UHGV virus genome: UHGV-0134778
Reading direction: 5' to 3' (one strand)
Source: a virus
Length of the DNA stretch: 64,000 nt
Part shown: one piece after another, positions 45,838-55,865 of the stretch
How positions within the stretch are numbered: the first letter of the stretch is position 1
Layout of the letters: every line of letters begins with the position of its first letter
Made by a program: the position numbers and the translations under genes
The notes under the pieces: model-generated
Database searches by the model: none
Told to the model about the DNA's origin: nothing
What the model saw: the letters and a program-made list of their open reading frames with translations, nothing else

Positions 45838-48615
45838 TTAGTGACAATCACCCCAGTTACGACCACACAAGTATTCACCTGTGATCTGGAACGGAACGCC
45901 CATCATTTTAGAAGCTTGCCAGAAGCAATGTACCACCATTTCGCCCACAGGGCTCCAGATAAGTTCAAGCTTTCCGTCATCGTTCAAGATAGGATCGTAT
46001 ACCGTATTTCCATCCCTGTCAACTACTTCGTTTCCTTCTTCATCCTTGCGTGCCTTTTTGTACTTATGACCGTCGAACACATGAAGTTTAGCCTCCTGCT
46101 GGGACTTAAATGTTTCCAGCTCTTCAATTGTGTCGAAGGTGTATACAGTTTTATACTTAGGTGTGTCAGGGACTTGAAGTTGATATTCGTCATGGTAATA
46201 AATAATACGACGAACACCCTCATCATACCATCCACGCTTCACCATCTGGTGGTGCATGAGTATCCCAACTAAGTCACACAATGATGCACCGCCATTTTGC
46301 TGATATGCATTAAGCAAAGAGTGTTTAGATCGGGTCCAAATGGCATGACCGTCAAAAGAGTAGATAAATTTCTTACCTGTTGCTTCCCAGAATTTCTCCA
46401 GATCCTCTTTACGACCCTTAAGACCTGGGTTGGCATCCCAGAGAGCGTCAATTACTCTCTGTCCCAGTTCTGGAGAGATATCTAGCATATCTGCAACTTT
46501 ATCTTTTTGTGCCCCGTACATAACCCCATACGTGACAGGCTTACCATCGTTACGAGACACCTCCCTGCCTGCTACTTTTGTATATGCCTCAGCATTGTTT
46601 TGGTGCGCATCTCCGTTACTTACAACATCATAATACAGACCGTTGTCAAACTCAAAGGCACCCCAGGCCCCGATGAGCTGCTCTAAGTTGGACCCGTCAA
46701 TACCGATCTCAAAGTATCCTGGAGGAACACCCCACAGACTACGCATCTCTTTACCCATAACCACTTTAGGAGATGGTTTAGGCATGTTTGCACAAATGCT
46801 GTGTTTCTGTCTGGAAGTGTTTGTTAATCCAGAACTTTTAGCAGGAAGCTTATGGTCAATCTTCAAACGTGGATGATTAAGAAGACCAGTATCAACCTTA
46901 TCCTCCTTGATTGGATCAAGGACCGATCTACGGTTTCGCAAGGATAACCACAAGACGATATCTTTAGCCATCTCTCCGTTCAACTTTTCAAGATTCGGAC
47001 ATAGGTGTCCAAACGTATCTTTCAGTTGCGGAGAAGTAATAAGCGCTCTGGCTTTTCTACGTATCTTCCCAAACACTTCCTTTTTAATCCTTTCTGAGTT
47101 AGGGAAGCTTCGGAACTTGTGCACGGTTGTCTGAAACTTAGCATCAGTTTTGTTCCAGAAGTTGATAATTAGGTCACAATACTCTGACTCTAAAAGCTCG
47201 TCCATATATGCATATACTCGTGCATCAACATCAGCATCAGGCAGAGCTTTCTTCTTGCTGTCCTTGGTTACATCTTTAGTTCTCCACATTGTTGGGAGCC
47301 AACCAGCGCTGATCAAATATCGCTTAATATCGTCCTGGTTGCTGATCTTCATAGGTATCTTGCAGTCAGGCATCCGCTTCTGCTGCAGATCACTTATTGC
47401 CTGATCCATTAGTTCTTTAGGTAAAGGATGTGGTGTAGAGGTTCCTTTGATATACCCCCTCAAGAAATCAGCCATCTTATCTGGGTCTTTACAGCCCATC
47501 TCTTCACACCATTTTATCCCCATTTTGCTGACATCCCCTGTGGAGGTAAATGCTCGCTTAGGAGGAGCTTTGAACTCTAAAGCGCTCATGTCCACAGGAT
47601 AGCCAAGCTTGTCTTTTAACCATTTCCAACCATTATTGGAGATTGTCCCATCCTGGTTAAACGGCTTTTCAGGGAACTTAGGCCGCTGAGACATTGATAA
47701 CTCTTTTAAAGGAAGTTGTGGTTCAACACGATCAGCGATCTCCTTCATCCACGCATCGCAGCGGTCACGTAAAGCAATAGCTCCATCTATGTCGAAATAC
47801 ACACCCTGTCGAGCCTGCAGCTCCATCAGGAAATGCTGCAGCATGCCTCGGCGTAATGCATTCTTCCAGGTAATCTTCTTGAATCCTTTAGGCTTCTCTT
47901 TGGCAGGGTCATACATAAAGTTCTGCATGTCAGATTTGCCGTAGAATACACCTTTTGATTCCGCTACCAACTCTTTCCAGAGCAACTCCTGGATGATAAC
48001 GTCCTCGAACACACGATCCACATATTTCCACAGCGGAAGCTCACGCCAGTCATCGATTTGAACTTTCTGGTTACCAAGGGCATAGCCCCATGCCATAAGG
48101 CCATGAGGTCCAACAGGCTGCATTTTCTTGGTAACTGGATTGAATACTGCGTCCGGACAACCTTTTGGCAAAGGGCGGTCAGGCCACAAGATTCGACTCA
48201 TCGCTAACGTATCAAACAGATTAACCTGGTGGTCGTTGATAGTTCCCATGCATTTAGGATCACGGAACATATCAAAATGAATACCGGATAATCTTTCCAT
48301 CAGCATAAAGTCGTAACTGTAGCAGTTATGGCAGTTCAAAGCCGTAGGTGACCAGTCTGAATTGCCTGTAAGCCAGCCTTCCAACTCTGAAAAATCTGCT
48401 ATGCGAGCCTCAAAATCTGTATAAAGGGTCTTCTTTGCCAGAATGAAGTTCTTAGCTTTCTCCACATCCTCTTCAGAGTAGTGTGTGCGGTCATTTAGAG
48501 GAAGGAACAGCATAAAACGGTTCTTATTCAGCTCTTTAAACAAACCGCAGTGATAATAAAGATCTGGGTCTTCCAGCAAGCCAGAGGCCTCAAAATCGAA
48601 CGACCACATGCTCAT
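45838..48615 (-). CDS. DNA polymerase, family A (Pol I/T7-like) with 3'-5' exonuclease domain (925 aa)
   Basis: Exo I FDFEASG; Pol A motif A IGIDGSNLEQL; motif B RNDGKPVTYGVMYGA; motif C YYHDEY. Confidence 0.85.
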   Translation of the reverse strand: MSMWSFDFEASGLLEDPDLYYHCGLFKELNKNRFMLFLPLNDRTHYSEEDVEKAKNFILAKKTLYTDFEARIADFSELEGWLTGNSDWSPTALNCHNCYSYDFMLMERLSGIHFDMFRDPKCMGTINDHQVNLFDTLAMSRILWPDRPLPKGCPDAVFNPVTKKMQPVGPHGLMAWGYALGNQKVQIDDWRELPLWKYVDRVFEDVIIQELLWKELVAESKGVFYGKSDMQNFMYDPAKEKPKGFKKITWKNALRRGMLQHFLMELQARQGVYFDIDGAIALRDRCDAWMKEIADRVEPQLPLKELSMSQRPKFPEKPFNQDGTISNNGWKWLKDKLGYPVDMSALEFKAPPKRAFTSTGDVSKMGIKWCEEMGCKDPDKMADFLRGYIKGTSTPHPLPKELMDQAISDLQQKRMPDCKIPMKISNQDDIKRYLISAGWLPTMWRTKDVTKDSKKKALPDADVDARVYAYMDELLESEYCDLIINFWNKTDAKFQTTVHKFRSFPNSERIKKEVFGKIRRKARALITSPQLKDTFGHLCPNLEKLNGEMAKDIVLWLSLRNRRSVLDPIKEDKVDTGLLNHPRLKIDHKLPAKSSGLTNTSRQKHSICANMPKPSPKVVMGKEMRSLWGVPPGYFEIGIDGSNLEQLIGAWGAFEFDNGLYYDVVSNGDAHQNNAEAYTKVAGREVSRNDGKPVTYGVMYGAQKDKVADMLDISPELGQRVIDALWDANPGLKGRKEDLEKFWEATGKKFIYSFDGHAIWTRSKHSLLNAYQQNGGASLCDLVGILMHHQMVKRGWYDEGVRRIIYYHDEYQLQVPDTPKYKTVYTFDTIEELETFKSQQEAKLHVFDGHKYKKARKDEEGNEVVDRDGNTVYDPILNDDGKLELIWSPVGEMVVHCFWQASKMMGVPFQITGEYLCGRNWGDCH

Positions 48616-48673
48616 ATACAGTTCTCCTTAAAGGGGAGGCGGTTGTACTACCCCTCCCACTCTTGGTTAAACA

Positions 48674-50752
48674 TTAAAAAGGTGTTTCGTCGTCTTCAAA
48701 ACCGGGGACGTGGTTAGAGGACGGATCATCATACTGAGGATCTTCCTGTGTGTCAACTGGGGTAACAGTAGGAGTTACAACCTTATCAGCCACAACCTTG
48801 CCCACAGGTGTTTCCACAACTGCATGATCTTGATCCTCAAACATAGCCTGAGGTCTCCAAACAACCTCCCCACCTTCTCCGTCTGTAAACATTTGCATTT
48901 CTTTATCCCAGTACCAATTGCTGGCATCGTGGAACTTGCCTGTGTGAGGATCCATAACTAAAGTGTCCGCAATACCTAGGGTTTTTGCTGGGCGGTTTTT
49001 AAGACTTACCAGTCGGACACGTCCACGGGAACGATCCACCATCTCTTCTGCTTCTACCCCAACAACTACCCAGCTGAGTTGCTCCAATCCGGCACTACCT
49101 CGAAGGTTCTCTTTTCGTACAGGGTACCAGAAAGGCAACGGATTCCCATCCTTATCCTTAGGAGGTACAATCTCTGTACGTTTCAGGTGAGCAATCACCA
49201 GGATAAACACATTAAACTGCTTACAGAACGCGGCTAGTTGAGTCATAGCCATGTCAAGTTCTTTGCGCTCATCCTTAACATTAAGCCCTGAAATCACCAT
49301 AGACAAGTGATCCAGCACAATGTAACGGCAGTGATACAGGCACACCATTTGTTTAAGCTTAGTGATCAGCTCATCCACAGGGATGGAGCCGAAATGCTTG
49401 AACACTTTGATTTTTCCGGTCTTGGCCCAAGATTGATGAATCTCAGCGTGCTCCTGGTCGGTCAGGAACTGACTGGGGTCTTCAACAAACTCTTTAACAT
49501 CAAACCCCAGCTGGTTAGCGTACAGAGAGTTGATTGCTTCCTCAGGATCCTCTTCAAGGTGAATCAGACACAGGCGATCATCCTCTTCATAATCATCAGC
49601 TTTAGGGCATGTTGGATCCATCAAGTATCTTGCAATGCAGTGTTCCAGCTTCTTGGCTATAGTTGTTTTACCACCGCCAGATGGGCCTGTTAGCATCATC
49701 AAGGTGCCTTTGTGGAGCCCTTTCAGCATCTTCTGCAATTTAGGGAACTCCGCACTGATATCCACGCCATTGGAAGTCTTCTTACGAAGAGATTCAATGG
49801 AGAAGTCTTCTAAATCAGATACAGCATCAGGCACATATTTGACTGGGTGACGGAACATGTTGACAATATCTTCCAGCTTTTTAGCCTTCAGCATGTCACG
49901 AATATCTTTTACACCATCGGGATCGTTTACCTCTCCTGGGTATTCCACGTGGTAAACGTTGTCAGCCATTAAAAATGCTGCGATATTATGTGTGGCTTCA
50001 ACACCTTTGATAACGTGTTTTTGCTTCTCTACCTCGTTAGCTGCATCGTTGTCCATTGCAAGGACCACTGTTCCATAGCTACGGATAAATTTCTCATTGT
50101 TCGCAAAAGTGTCTACGGCGTTTGCACACCCGCAGTTAATTCCAACAAAAGGCAGGCAGGGTTTTCCTGCCAGGTCTCCGCCGTTGATAACTGCATCAAT
50201 CCCATCTTGAACTTCTTTAGCCCACTGCTTCACCTTCGCTGGGGCTTTAGCATTGGTGAGAATGCCCTTCACTTGTATCTGATATGCAGCTTGCCATGCT
50301 GCAATAACATCACCCTCCCCCTCGCAGACGTTAATCTGTTTACGGTTGTTGGAGGATGCACACAGCTTTTGACCAAACATCTGAGAGTTGGCCTTTACTA
50401 TGCCAACAACTGAGAAATGGCCTCTTTGCTCTTTAGGGATTGTCCAGTCACGCTTTTTAAAGCCGGATAGATTACCGTAGCGGTCGTAATATGGGAAATA
50501 TGTTGCGGTGACCGTTACCCCGTCTTCCTGAGACAATGCTGATCGCACACCAAAATATTGTGCAGCCATCAGTCCGATATTTTGTTGTGGAACAGGGACA
50601 ATTTTAGTATTTTCTAAAACAGTCTCTACAGTTTCAACCTCTTTTTCATCACGATAGTCTCGTTTCACACTTCCCCCACTTTTATACTTAGTTGCTTTCG
50701 GGTTTGGCTCACCGAAACGGTTGTATGCAGATGCCATGAATTTACTGCCCAT
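48674..50752 (-). CDS. primase-helicase (TOPRIM + DnaB-like helicase; T7 gp4-like) (692 aa)
   Basis: TOPRIM acidic motif VCEGEGDVIAAW; Walker A GPSGGGKT; acidic C-terminal tail ending DDETPF; no N-terminal Cys4 zinc finger. Confidence 0.75.
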   Translation of the reverse strand: MGSKFMASAYNRFGEPNPKATKYKSGGSVKRDYRDEKEVETVETVLENTKIVPVPQQNIGLMAAQYFGVRSALSQEDGVTVTATYFPYYDRYGNLSGFKKRDWTIPKEQRGHFSVVGIVKANSQMFGQKLCASSNNRKQINVCEGEGDVIAAWQAAYQIQVKGILTNAKAPAKVKQWAKEVQDGIDAVINGGDLAGKPCLPFVGINCGCANAVDTFANNEKFIRSYGTVVLAMDNDAANEVEKQKHVIKGVEATHNIAAFLMADNVYHVEYPGEVNDPDGVKDIRDMLKAKKLEDIVNMFRHPVKYVPDAVSDLEDFSIESLRKKTSNGVDISAEFPKLQKMLKGLHKGTLMMLTGPSGGGKTTIAKKLEHCIARYLMDPTCPKADDYEEDDRLCLIHLEEDPEEAINSLYANQLGFDVKEFVEDPSQFLTDQEHAEIHQSWAKTGKIKVFKHFGSIPVDELITKLKQMVCLYHCRYIVLDHLSMVISGLNVKDERKELDMAMTQLAAFCKQFNVFILVIAHLKRTEIVPPKDKDGNPLPFWYPVRKENLRGSAGLEQLSWVVVGVEAEEMVDRSRGRVRLVSLKNRPAKTLGIADTLVMDPHTGKFHDASNWYWDKEMQMFTDGEGGEVVWRPQAMFEDQDHAVVETPVGKVVADKVVTPTVTPVDTQEDPQYDDPSSNHVPGFEDDETPF

Positions 50753-51506
50753 TAATTCTGCTCCTTACTGCAGGCTCGTTTGCTAAGAATACAGCTTTAG
50801 CCCAGCCACGTGGTGTGAGGCTTCGAATCATCTTCGTCCTTGCACTCTTTCCACCTAGCTTAGCGTGTTGCATAGAATAACCGCTAACCGCATCCACTAT
50901 TTGCGGGACAGGTTTTGTGGCTGGGATTATAAATCCATTGCCTATCCAACCGCAAGTTATTTTTGGGTAGGCATCACGTGGAGCTATAAATTCAGGAAAC
51001 CATGGGTTTACATCATCTTCTGGTAAATAACCGCCATAATCTGAAGGATGAAAACGATAATCAGGTTTTCGCCACAGTGTGGACATAACCCCCACAGGGT
51101 TCTCTACATGCCACGGGCAATCGTAAATCTCTCCCAACTCTTCTGCAACCCGAGCATCTTTTACAGCATTAATTTGAATCAGAGGGTCCTTAGCCAGCTT
51201 TTTCTTAAAATGTGCAGCGCCTGATACTGCTAGATGCGTGCACGGAGGAAATGCAAGAATAAAGTCTGGAGCTGGGTACATGCAAAAAGTTTCTTGAGGG
51301 AACCACGGGTCAATCCAATAATCCACGTAGTGAATGTTTGGATGATCTGTTATCACCTCTGCATAACTGCCATGGTCAGCGCCTTCTGCGTTAAAGCACA
51401 GGCACAGATATCCAGCTTTTGCCCAGTCAATGACTGCACCGCCAGATCCGTCAAATAGACTCCACACAACACCTTTGTGGTGGTGTTCTTTATAGATAAA
51501 TTTCAA
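50742..51506 (-). CDS. C5-cytosine DNA methyltransferase-like protein (about 254 aa)
   Basis: Motif I LFDGSGGA, motif IV AFPPCTHLAVSG, motif VI HVENPVG; start moved to TTG at 51506 with AGGAGA RBS because the track GTG start lies inside the terminator hairpin. Confidence 0.55.
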   Translation of the reverse strand: MKFIYKEHHHKGVVWSLFDGSGGAVIDWAKAGYLCLCFNAEGADHGSYAEVITDHPNIHYVDYWIDPWFPQETFCMYPAPDFILAFPPCTHLAVSGAAHFKKKLAKDPLIQINAVKDARVAEELGEIYDCPWHVENPVGVMSTLWRKPDYRFHPSDYGGYLPEDDVNPWFPEFIAPRDAYPKITCGWIGNGFIIPATKPVPQIVDAVSGYSMQHAKLGGKSARTKMIRSLTPRGWAKAVFLANEPAVRSRINGQ

Positions 51507-51519
51507 TTTGCTGTCTCCT

Positions 51520-51551
51520 AATGCAAAAAGCCCCACCCTTTCGGGCAGGGC
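51520..51551 (-). terminator. intrinsic terminator (same sequence as 41384-41405)
   Basis: Minus strand GCCCTGCC-CGAAAG-GGTGGGGC then TTTTTGCATT. Confidence 0.55.
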
Positions 51552-51557
51552 CTAGTG

Positions 51558-52040
51558 TTAAACCCGGATACCTATTGTATACTCGGTGGATACCAATGTC
51601 AAATCTAAATTTAAAATTTCTTGCATCTCATAGTATGCATCCAGGGTGAGATACATTTCCCCATCCTTTTCTACATACTTGTCCAAGTGCTTGAGGCATT
51701 TCGGATAACTATCAAGGGCAGCCTTTAGGCACTCAAACTCTGTGCTGTTGATGAGTCCTTCCATCTTGGCTACCCGTTCTGGGGTAACGATAGCACTGTA
51801 GTGAGATTTAGCTTCCTGGATGCAATGGGTCCAAGCATCAACTTTCTCTTCGAAAAGTCCGAAGAACTTCTTTTTGGTGAGCTTCAGATTCTTTAAGTGC
51901 TTAAGCACTCGGTTACCGATCACGGCCACATCACGAAACTTAAGGATCACTTTGTCGATATCCTCGCGGCCTATTTTCACAAAGCAAGCCTCACACATTT
52001 CAGGAGCTGCGTAACCTACTTTCCACATAAAATCTGACAT
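51558..52040 (-). CDS. hypothetical protein (160 aa)
   Basis: Co-oriented ORF. Confidence 0.55.
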   Translation of the reverse strand: MSDFMWKVGYAAPEMCEACFVKIGREDIDKVILKFRDVAVIGNRVLKHLKNLKLTKKKFFGLFEEKVDAWTHCIQEAKSHYSAIVTPERVAKMEGLINSTEFECLKAALDSYPKCLKHLDKYVEKDGEMYLTLDAYYEMQEILNLDLTLVSTEYTIGIRV

Positions 52041-52052
52041 AACACTATCCCC

Positions 52053-52451
52053 TTATTCTTCCTGAAAAGCAACGATATCATATGAACTTGCAGACGATCC
52101 TGGTGAAGAATGACTCCAGTCTAGGTCATCAGAGTAGTCAGCGTACTGTGCACCACTACGTAGTTTATATTTTACCCACTTACCTGGTGCAGGGTTTTCA
52201 CCACCTTCCCATACTTCCCAGCCTTCTGGCAGGCCGTCCTGGGGACAGTCATCCACCTCACTAATAATCTTAGGGTTTGGCACCAAGATCCCTGCAGGCT
52301 CTTCCTTCCGGATAAGTGTCCACACAACGTAGGTGTCTGAGCAGGCGCATGATAGCAAAGTATATCCACTATTCAGAACTTCTGCAAGCTCTTTTTCAGC
52401 ATCTTCCAATTTGGTTAAGTGGTATTGGATAACCTTCACACCTGTAATCAT
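52053..52451 (-). CDS. hypothetical protein (132 aa)
   Basis: Co-oriented ORF. Confidence 0.55.
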   Translation of the reverse strand: MITGVKVIQYHLTKLEDAEKELAEVLNSGYTLLSCACSDTYVVWTLIRKEEPAGILVPNPKIISEVDDCPQDGLPEGWEVWEGGENPAPGKWVKYKLRSGAQYADYSDDLDWSHSSPGSSASSYDIVAFQEE

Positions 52452-52795
52452 CAGAAACCTCCCACTTCTTCAGCAAATGCAGCTGCTGTCGTCGCTGCAT
52501 CCAGATAGGACTCTAGTTCACGGGCTGCACGTTTGTAAATTGAGTGGCGCATATCGTTTGGCAGTTTGTGGAAGTCCACCTCTTCACCGTTGTGGTAAAC
52601 ATGCACATCGGTAATTTGTCTAAATCCGTAATAGTCAACATCAGAATCACGGCACTCTGGGTCTGGCAACTGGACAACTGCCTGAGCTTCCACAGTGAAC
52701 ATCTCGTCAAGTTCGAAATCGATTTCAAAAGTGTATGGTTTATAACGTTTCATCATTTGATTGTACTCTTTATTGGTCAGACTTATCTTTCGCAA
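52451..52795 (-). CDS. hypothetical protein (114 aa)
   Basis: Overlapping stop/start. Confidence 0.5.
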   Translation of the reverse strand: MRKISLTNKEYNQMMKRYKPYTFEIDFELDEMFTVEAQAVVQLPDPECRDSDVDYYGFRQITDVHVYHNGEEVDFHKLPNDMRHSIYKRAARELESYLDAATTAAAFAEEVGGF

Positions 52796-54095
52796 TTAAG
52801 GTCGGGGTAAGTTTGTAATAACGGAAGCCACCACCACCTTCCCAGTTTACAGACTTAGAAATACCACCTTGATCTTCACCATCGATCACTTTTTCCAAGC
52901 GCGGAATAATATGGGTATGACAATGATCACCTAGCTCGATTGAGATCCAACGTCTTTTCATCTTGTGAGCTACAGCAGCAGTAGTTCCCGAACCACCGAA
53001 TGAATCCAATACCAAATCGCCTTCTCGCGTACACATTTCGAAAATCCGCTTCAAAAGCGCTTCTGGTTTTTTCCCATTTTTGAAACTAACGCCGCCTTCA
53101 TTTGCTATTCCATTCCAACTAATGTCTGTCCAAACATCAGTTATTAGTTCCGCAGGTTGCATCTCACCGTCAATTTCCAAAAGCCTGTTGGAGTAAAAGA
53201 CCATTTGCCTACCATTTGCGATATAAAATCCTTCAACATCTTCATTTGGATGTACATAAACCTTATCCCTGTCTTTCTTTGACTTCTCGATAGTTTCTTT
53301 TCTCTTTATTTTAGCTCCACCGCCAATTGCAACAGATTGAAATACACGTTCTGCATTATCAATTGCGAATTGTGCTAATTCATCATCGAATGTATCAGGC
53401 AGTTTTTTCTTGGCTTCTTTTGCATCTTTATAGCCATTGGCCTTTGCAAACGCATCGGCAATACCGCACCACGTCCAATTTTTATAATGGTCATCCGGGT
53501 TTAATAGGTATTTGTTATATCCTGTATCATACCCTTTAGGTATATAGATTTTGTTAAGCGGTTTCTTGGTGCGATCTTTTGCATATACAAGCAAAAAGTT
53601 TGCTGTGGAGAAAACTGTGGCTCCTGTTGCCTTAAATCCCGAAGGAGAATTTGTGGTCATCGATATGGTATTTAACTGATTTGCACGACCAAAAATCTCG
53701 TCCATCAAAACTTTTAAATATGCCATTTCGCAATCATCTAAGTGAACGAATATTACCCCATCATCACTTAGAAGATTACGAATTATTTCTAACCTATCCC
53801 TCATTAAGCCCAGCCAAATGGAATGCTCCAGGCTATCATCGTAGTGCTCAAAAGCCCTCCCGGTATTGAATGGTGGGTCTATGTAAACACACTTCACTTT
53901 GCCTGCATACTCTTGCTCTATCGCCTTCAATGCTAATAAGTTATCTCCAAAAATCAGTTTATTATCAAAAATATCGTTTTCGGTCACTTTCTGGCTGTGG
54001 TAAGATTTGCTAGAATCTTCTAACAAAATGTACGGCTCTAACTTTTTGCGCTCGTTTTTACCTATCCAGGTAAGTTCTAATTTGGTTTTACTCAT
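52770..54095 (-). CDS. DNA methyltransferase, beta-class amino-MTase (N6-adenine or N4-cytosine) (441 aa)
   Basis: Motif IV DPPF (VYIDPPFN) precedes motif I (LDSFGGSGTT), the beta-class order. Confidence 0.75.
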   Translation of the reverse strand: MSKTKLELTWIGKNERKKLEPYILLEDSSKSYHSQKVTENDIFDNKLIFGDNLLALKAIEQEYAGKVKCVYIDPPFNTGRAFEHYDDSLEHSIWLGLMRDRLEIIRNLLSDDGVIFVHLDDCEMAYLKVLMDEIFGRANQLNTISMTTNSPSGFKATGATVFSTANFLLVYAKDRTKKPLNKIYIPKGYDTGYNKYLLNPDDHYKNWTWCGIADAFAKANGYKDAKEAKKKLPDTFDDELAQFAIDNAERVFQSVAIGGGAKIKRKETIEKSKKDRDKVYVHPNEDVEGFYIANGRQMVFYSNRLLEIDGEMQPAELITDVWTDISWNGIANEGGVSFKNGKKPEALLKRIFEMCTREGDLVLDSFGGSGTTAAVAHKMKRRWISIELGDHCHTHIIPRLEKVIDGEDQGGISKSVNWEGGGGFRYYKLTPTLIAKDKSDQ

Positions 54096-54156
54096 CGTTT
54101 GGTGCTCTCCTTAGTTTTTGTGGGGAGGGGTGCCTCCCCTTTATACTCACATCTTA

Positions 54157-54498
54157 CTACTCAAGGTCTTCAGAGTCAAGCTCAAAAAGAATCAAACTGT
54201 GCATGCCTGCAGAGAGATTAACACACCCTGCAACAATAAGGGTTTGATAGTAAGGTTCAGCACCCTCAATATCTTCGTTAAAATCCACAACAAGGTAGTC
54301 ACCTTTGTTAAAGGTGTATTTGTCCGATGTAAACGCAAAACCTGCCCAGTCCCCTACTGCAGGATCTTTATCAGTCACCTTTGTTAGCAGTAGATCTTTT
54401 TCACGAGATCTTTTAGTAAAATCGTGAATCACAACATCCTTCTCTTCAGAAGTCGGATTGCCACACACGTAGTTAACGATATTTCTCCACAAACTCAT
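54157..54498 (-). CDS. hypothetical protein (113 aa)
   Basis: Co-oriented ORF. Confidence 0.5.
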   Translation of the reverse strand: MSLWRNIVNYVCGNPTSEEKDVVIHDFTKRSREKDLLLTKVTDKDPAVGDWAGFAFTSDKYTFNKGDYLVVDFNEDIEGAEPYYQTLIVAGCVNLSAGMHSLILFELDSEDLE

Positions 54499-55865
54499 AC
54501 GTCCCCCTTTTCTGCTCTAGTTTCAAAATCTTTCCTGACTTTCTCGTCTAAGCCAGGGAAAGTTGTATTATAAAACTCTACGACTCTCGGGTCAACAATA
54601 ATATCCACCTCTCTTAATGGACGCAACAAGTTTATTCCTTGTATCGTCTTAACCCGACTCAAGGCAACATACGTCATTCCGGGAGAGAAAGCTCCGTTCT
54701 TTCCGAGGTCTAGGTTGTAACAATCTAACGTAAGTCCTTGACTTTTATGCGATGTTACTGCGTACCCAGATTTCAAAGGAAGTTGCTCATAAGACCCGAT
54801 CACAACCCTCTCTATGAACTTCTCCATCTTCCTTTCGGCAATATTGTACCTCTGGGAAGGTTTGTACTCGTTATTCTCCCACAATCTTGGCTCAATTTCA
54901 ACCTGTGTTCCGTCTTCTAGCTCAACTACTACGGATTTGGTCTTGAATTTTACCACTGTGGCACGTGTCCCGTTAACATAATACGGAACTTTGTGAGTAG
55001 GGTCAACATCGTTTGAGGTTATCATAACCTTCATCCCTATCTTCAGCCTCATTTCCTGCTCCACAGGTAGTGTGGAAGGGAACTTACCTTTCATTTTACC
55101 AATGTAGGTCTTCTCTGGGGCCTTGATGGCATCATAGAAACGTCTGTTCACCTCCTCTGCTTGCTTATTGGTGGCACAGATGGTCAAGGCATCTGTTGGG
55201 ACACCACCATGATAGCAACGAGTGTTAAGCTCTGCTACAACCTCTTTTATGCGACGACCTTCACGAACACAGTTCAACATTGTGGCGAAGCGAACAGATT
55301 CCTGACGGAACTGGTCTACTAAGGCTATGTTGTGAAGATTAAGATCCTCCCAAGATTCTGTATAGCAACACAGGTCTGTGTGGTAGAAGTTGAAGTAGGC
55401 TTCTTTCTCCATAGAAGAGACAACTGGAGGTGCTTGGTAGAAATCTCCAAACAATAACACCTGAATGCCTCCGAAAGGTTTGTCATTTTTCCGAAGAAAG
55501 CGGAGTTTTCTATCCATCTCTATGAACTTGTCAGCACGGATCATAGAGATTTCATCGATAATCAGGATGGTAAATGCCTTGCTTTTCAGAGGCTTTGCTG
55601 TTTTTGCCCTTATTGCTGTCCAGTCTGACTCCATGCTCACACCTGCGGCAAGATCGAAAGTTCGGTGCGCTGTTGCTCCATTAACGTTTAAAGCGGCTAC
55701 CCCTGTCGGGGCAACCGTTATGCAAGAGTCTCCATACATGGACTGGATCATGTTGATAAGATATGTCTTCCCGGTTCCACCAGGTCCACTTACGAAGACA
55801 TTCTCACCGCTCATGATTGCAACAAGGGCAGCATCTGTGCCTACATCGTACTGCCCTTTTTCCAT
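54495..55865 (-). CDS. SF1B DNA helicase, Dda/RecD/Pif1-like (456 aa)
   Basis: Walker A VSGPGGTGKT, motif Ia TVAPTGVAA, C-terminal YVALSRVKT. Confidence 0.75.
   Translation of the reverse strand: MEKGQYDVGTDAALVAIMSGENVFVSGPGGTGKTYLINMIQSMYGDSCITVAPTGVAALNVNGATAHRTFDLAAGVSMESDWTAIRAKTAKPLKSKAFTILIIDEISMIRADKFIEMDRKLRFLRKNDKPFGGIQVLLFGDFYQAPPVVSSMEKEAYFNFYHTDLCCYTESWEDLNLHNIALVDQFRQESVRFATMLNCVREGRRIKEVVAELNTRCYHGGVPTDALTICATNKQAEEVNRRFYDAIKAPEKTYIGKMKGKFPSTLPVEQEMRLKIGMKVMITSNDVDPTHKVPYYVNGTRATVVKFKTKSVVVELEDGTQVEIEPRLWENNEYKPSQRYNIAERKMEKFIERVVIGSYEQLPLKSGYAVTSHKSQGLTLDCYNLDLGKNGAFSPGMTYVALSRVKTIQGINLLRPLREVDIIVDPRVVEFYNTTFPGLDEKVRKDFETRAEKGDV

Noticed and set aside
45838-48615. T4-like family B DNA polymerase (suggested by the rIIA/rIIB and nrd context)
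   Set aside because: The motifs are family A (K...YG...YG motif B, HDE motif C); no YGDTDS motif is present.
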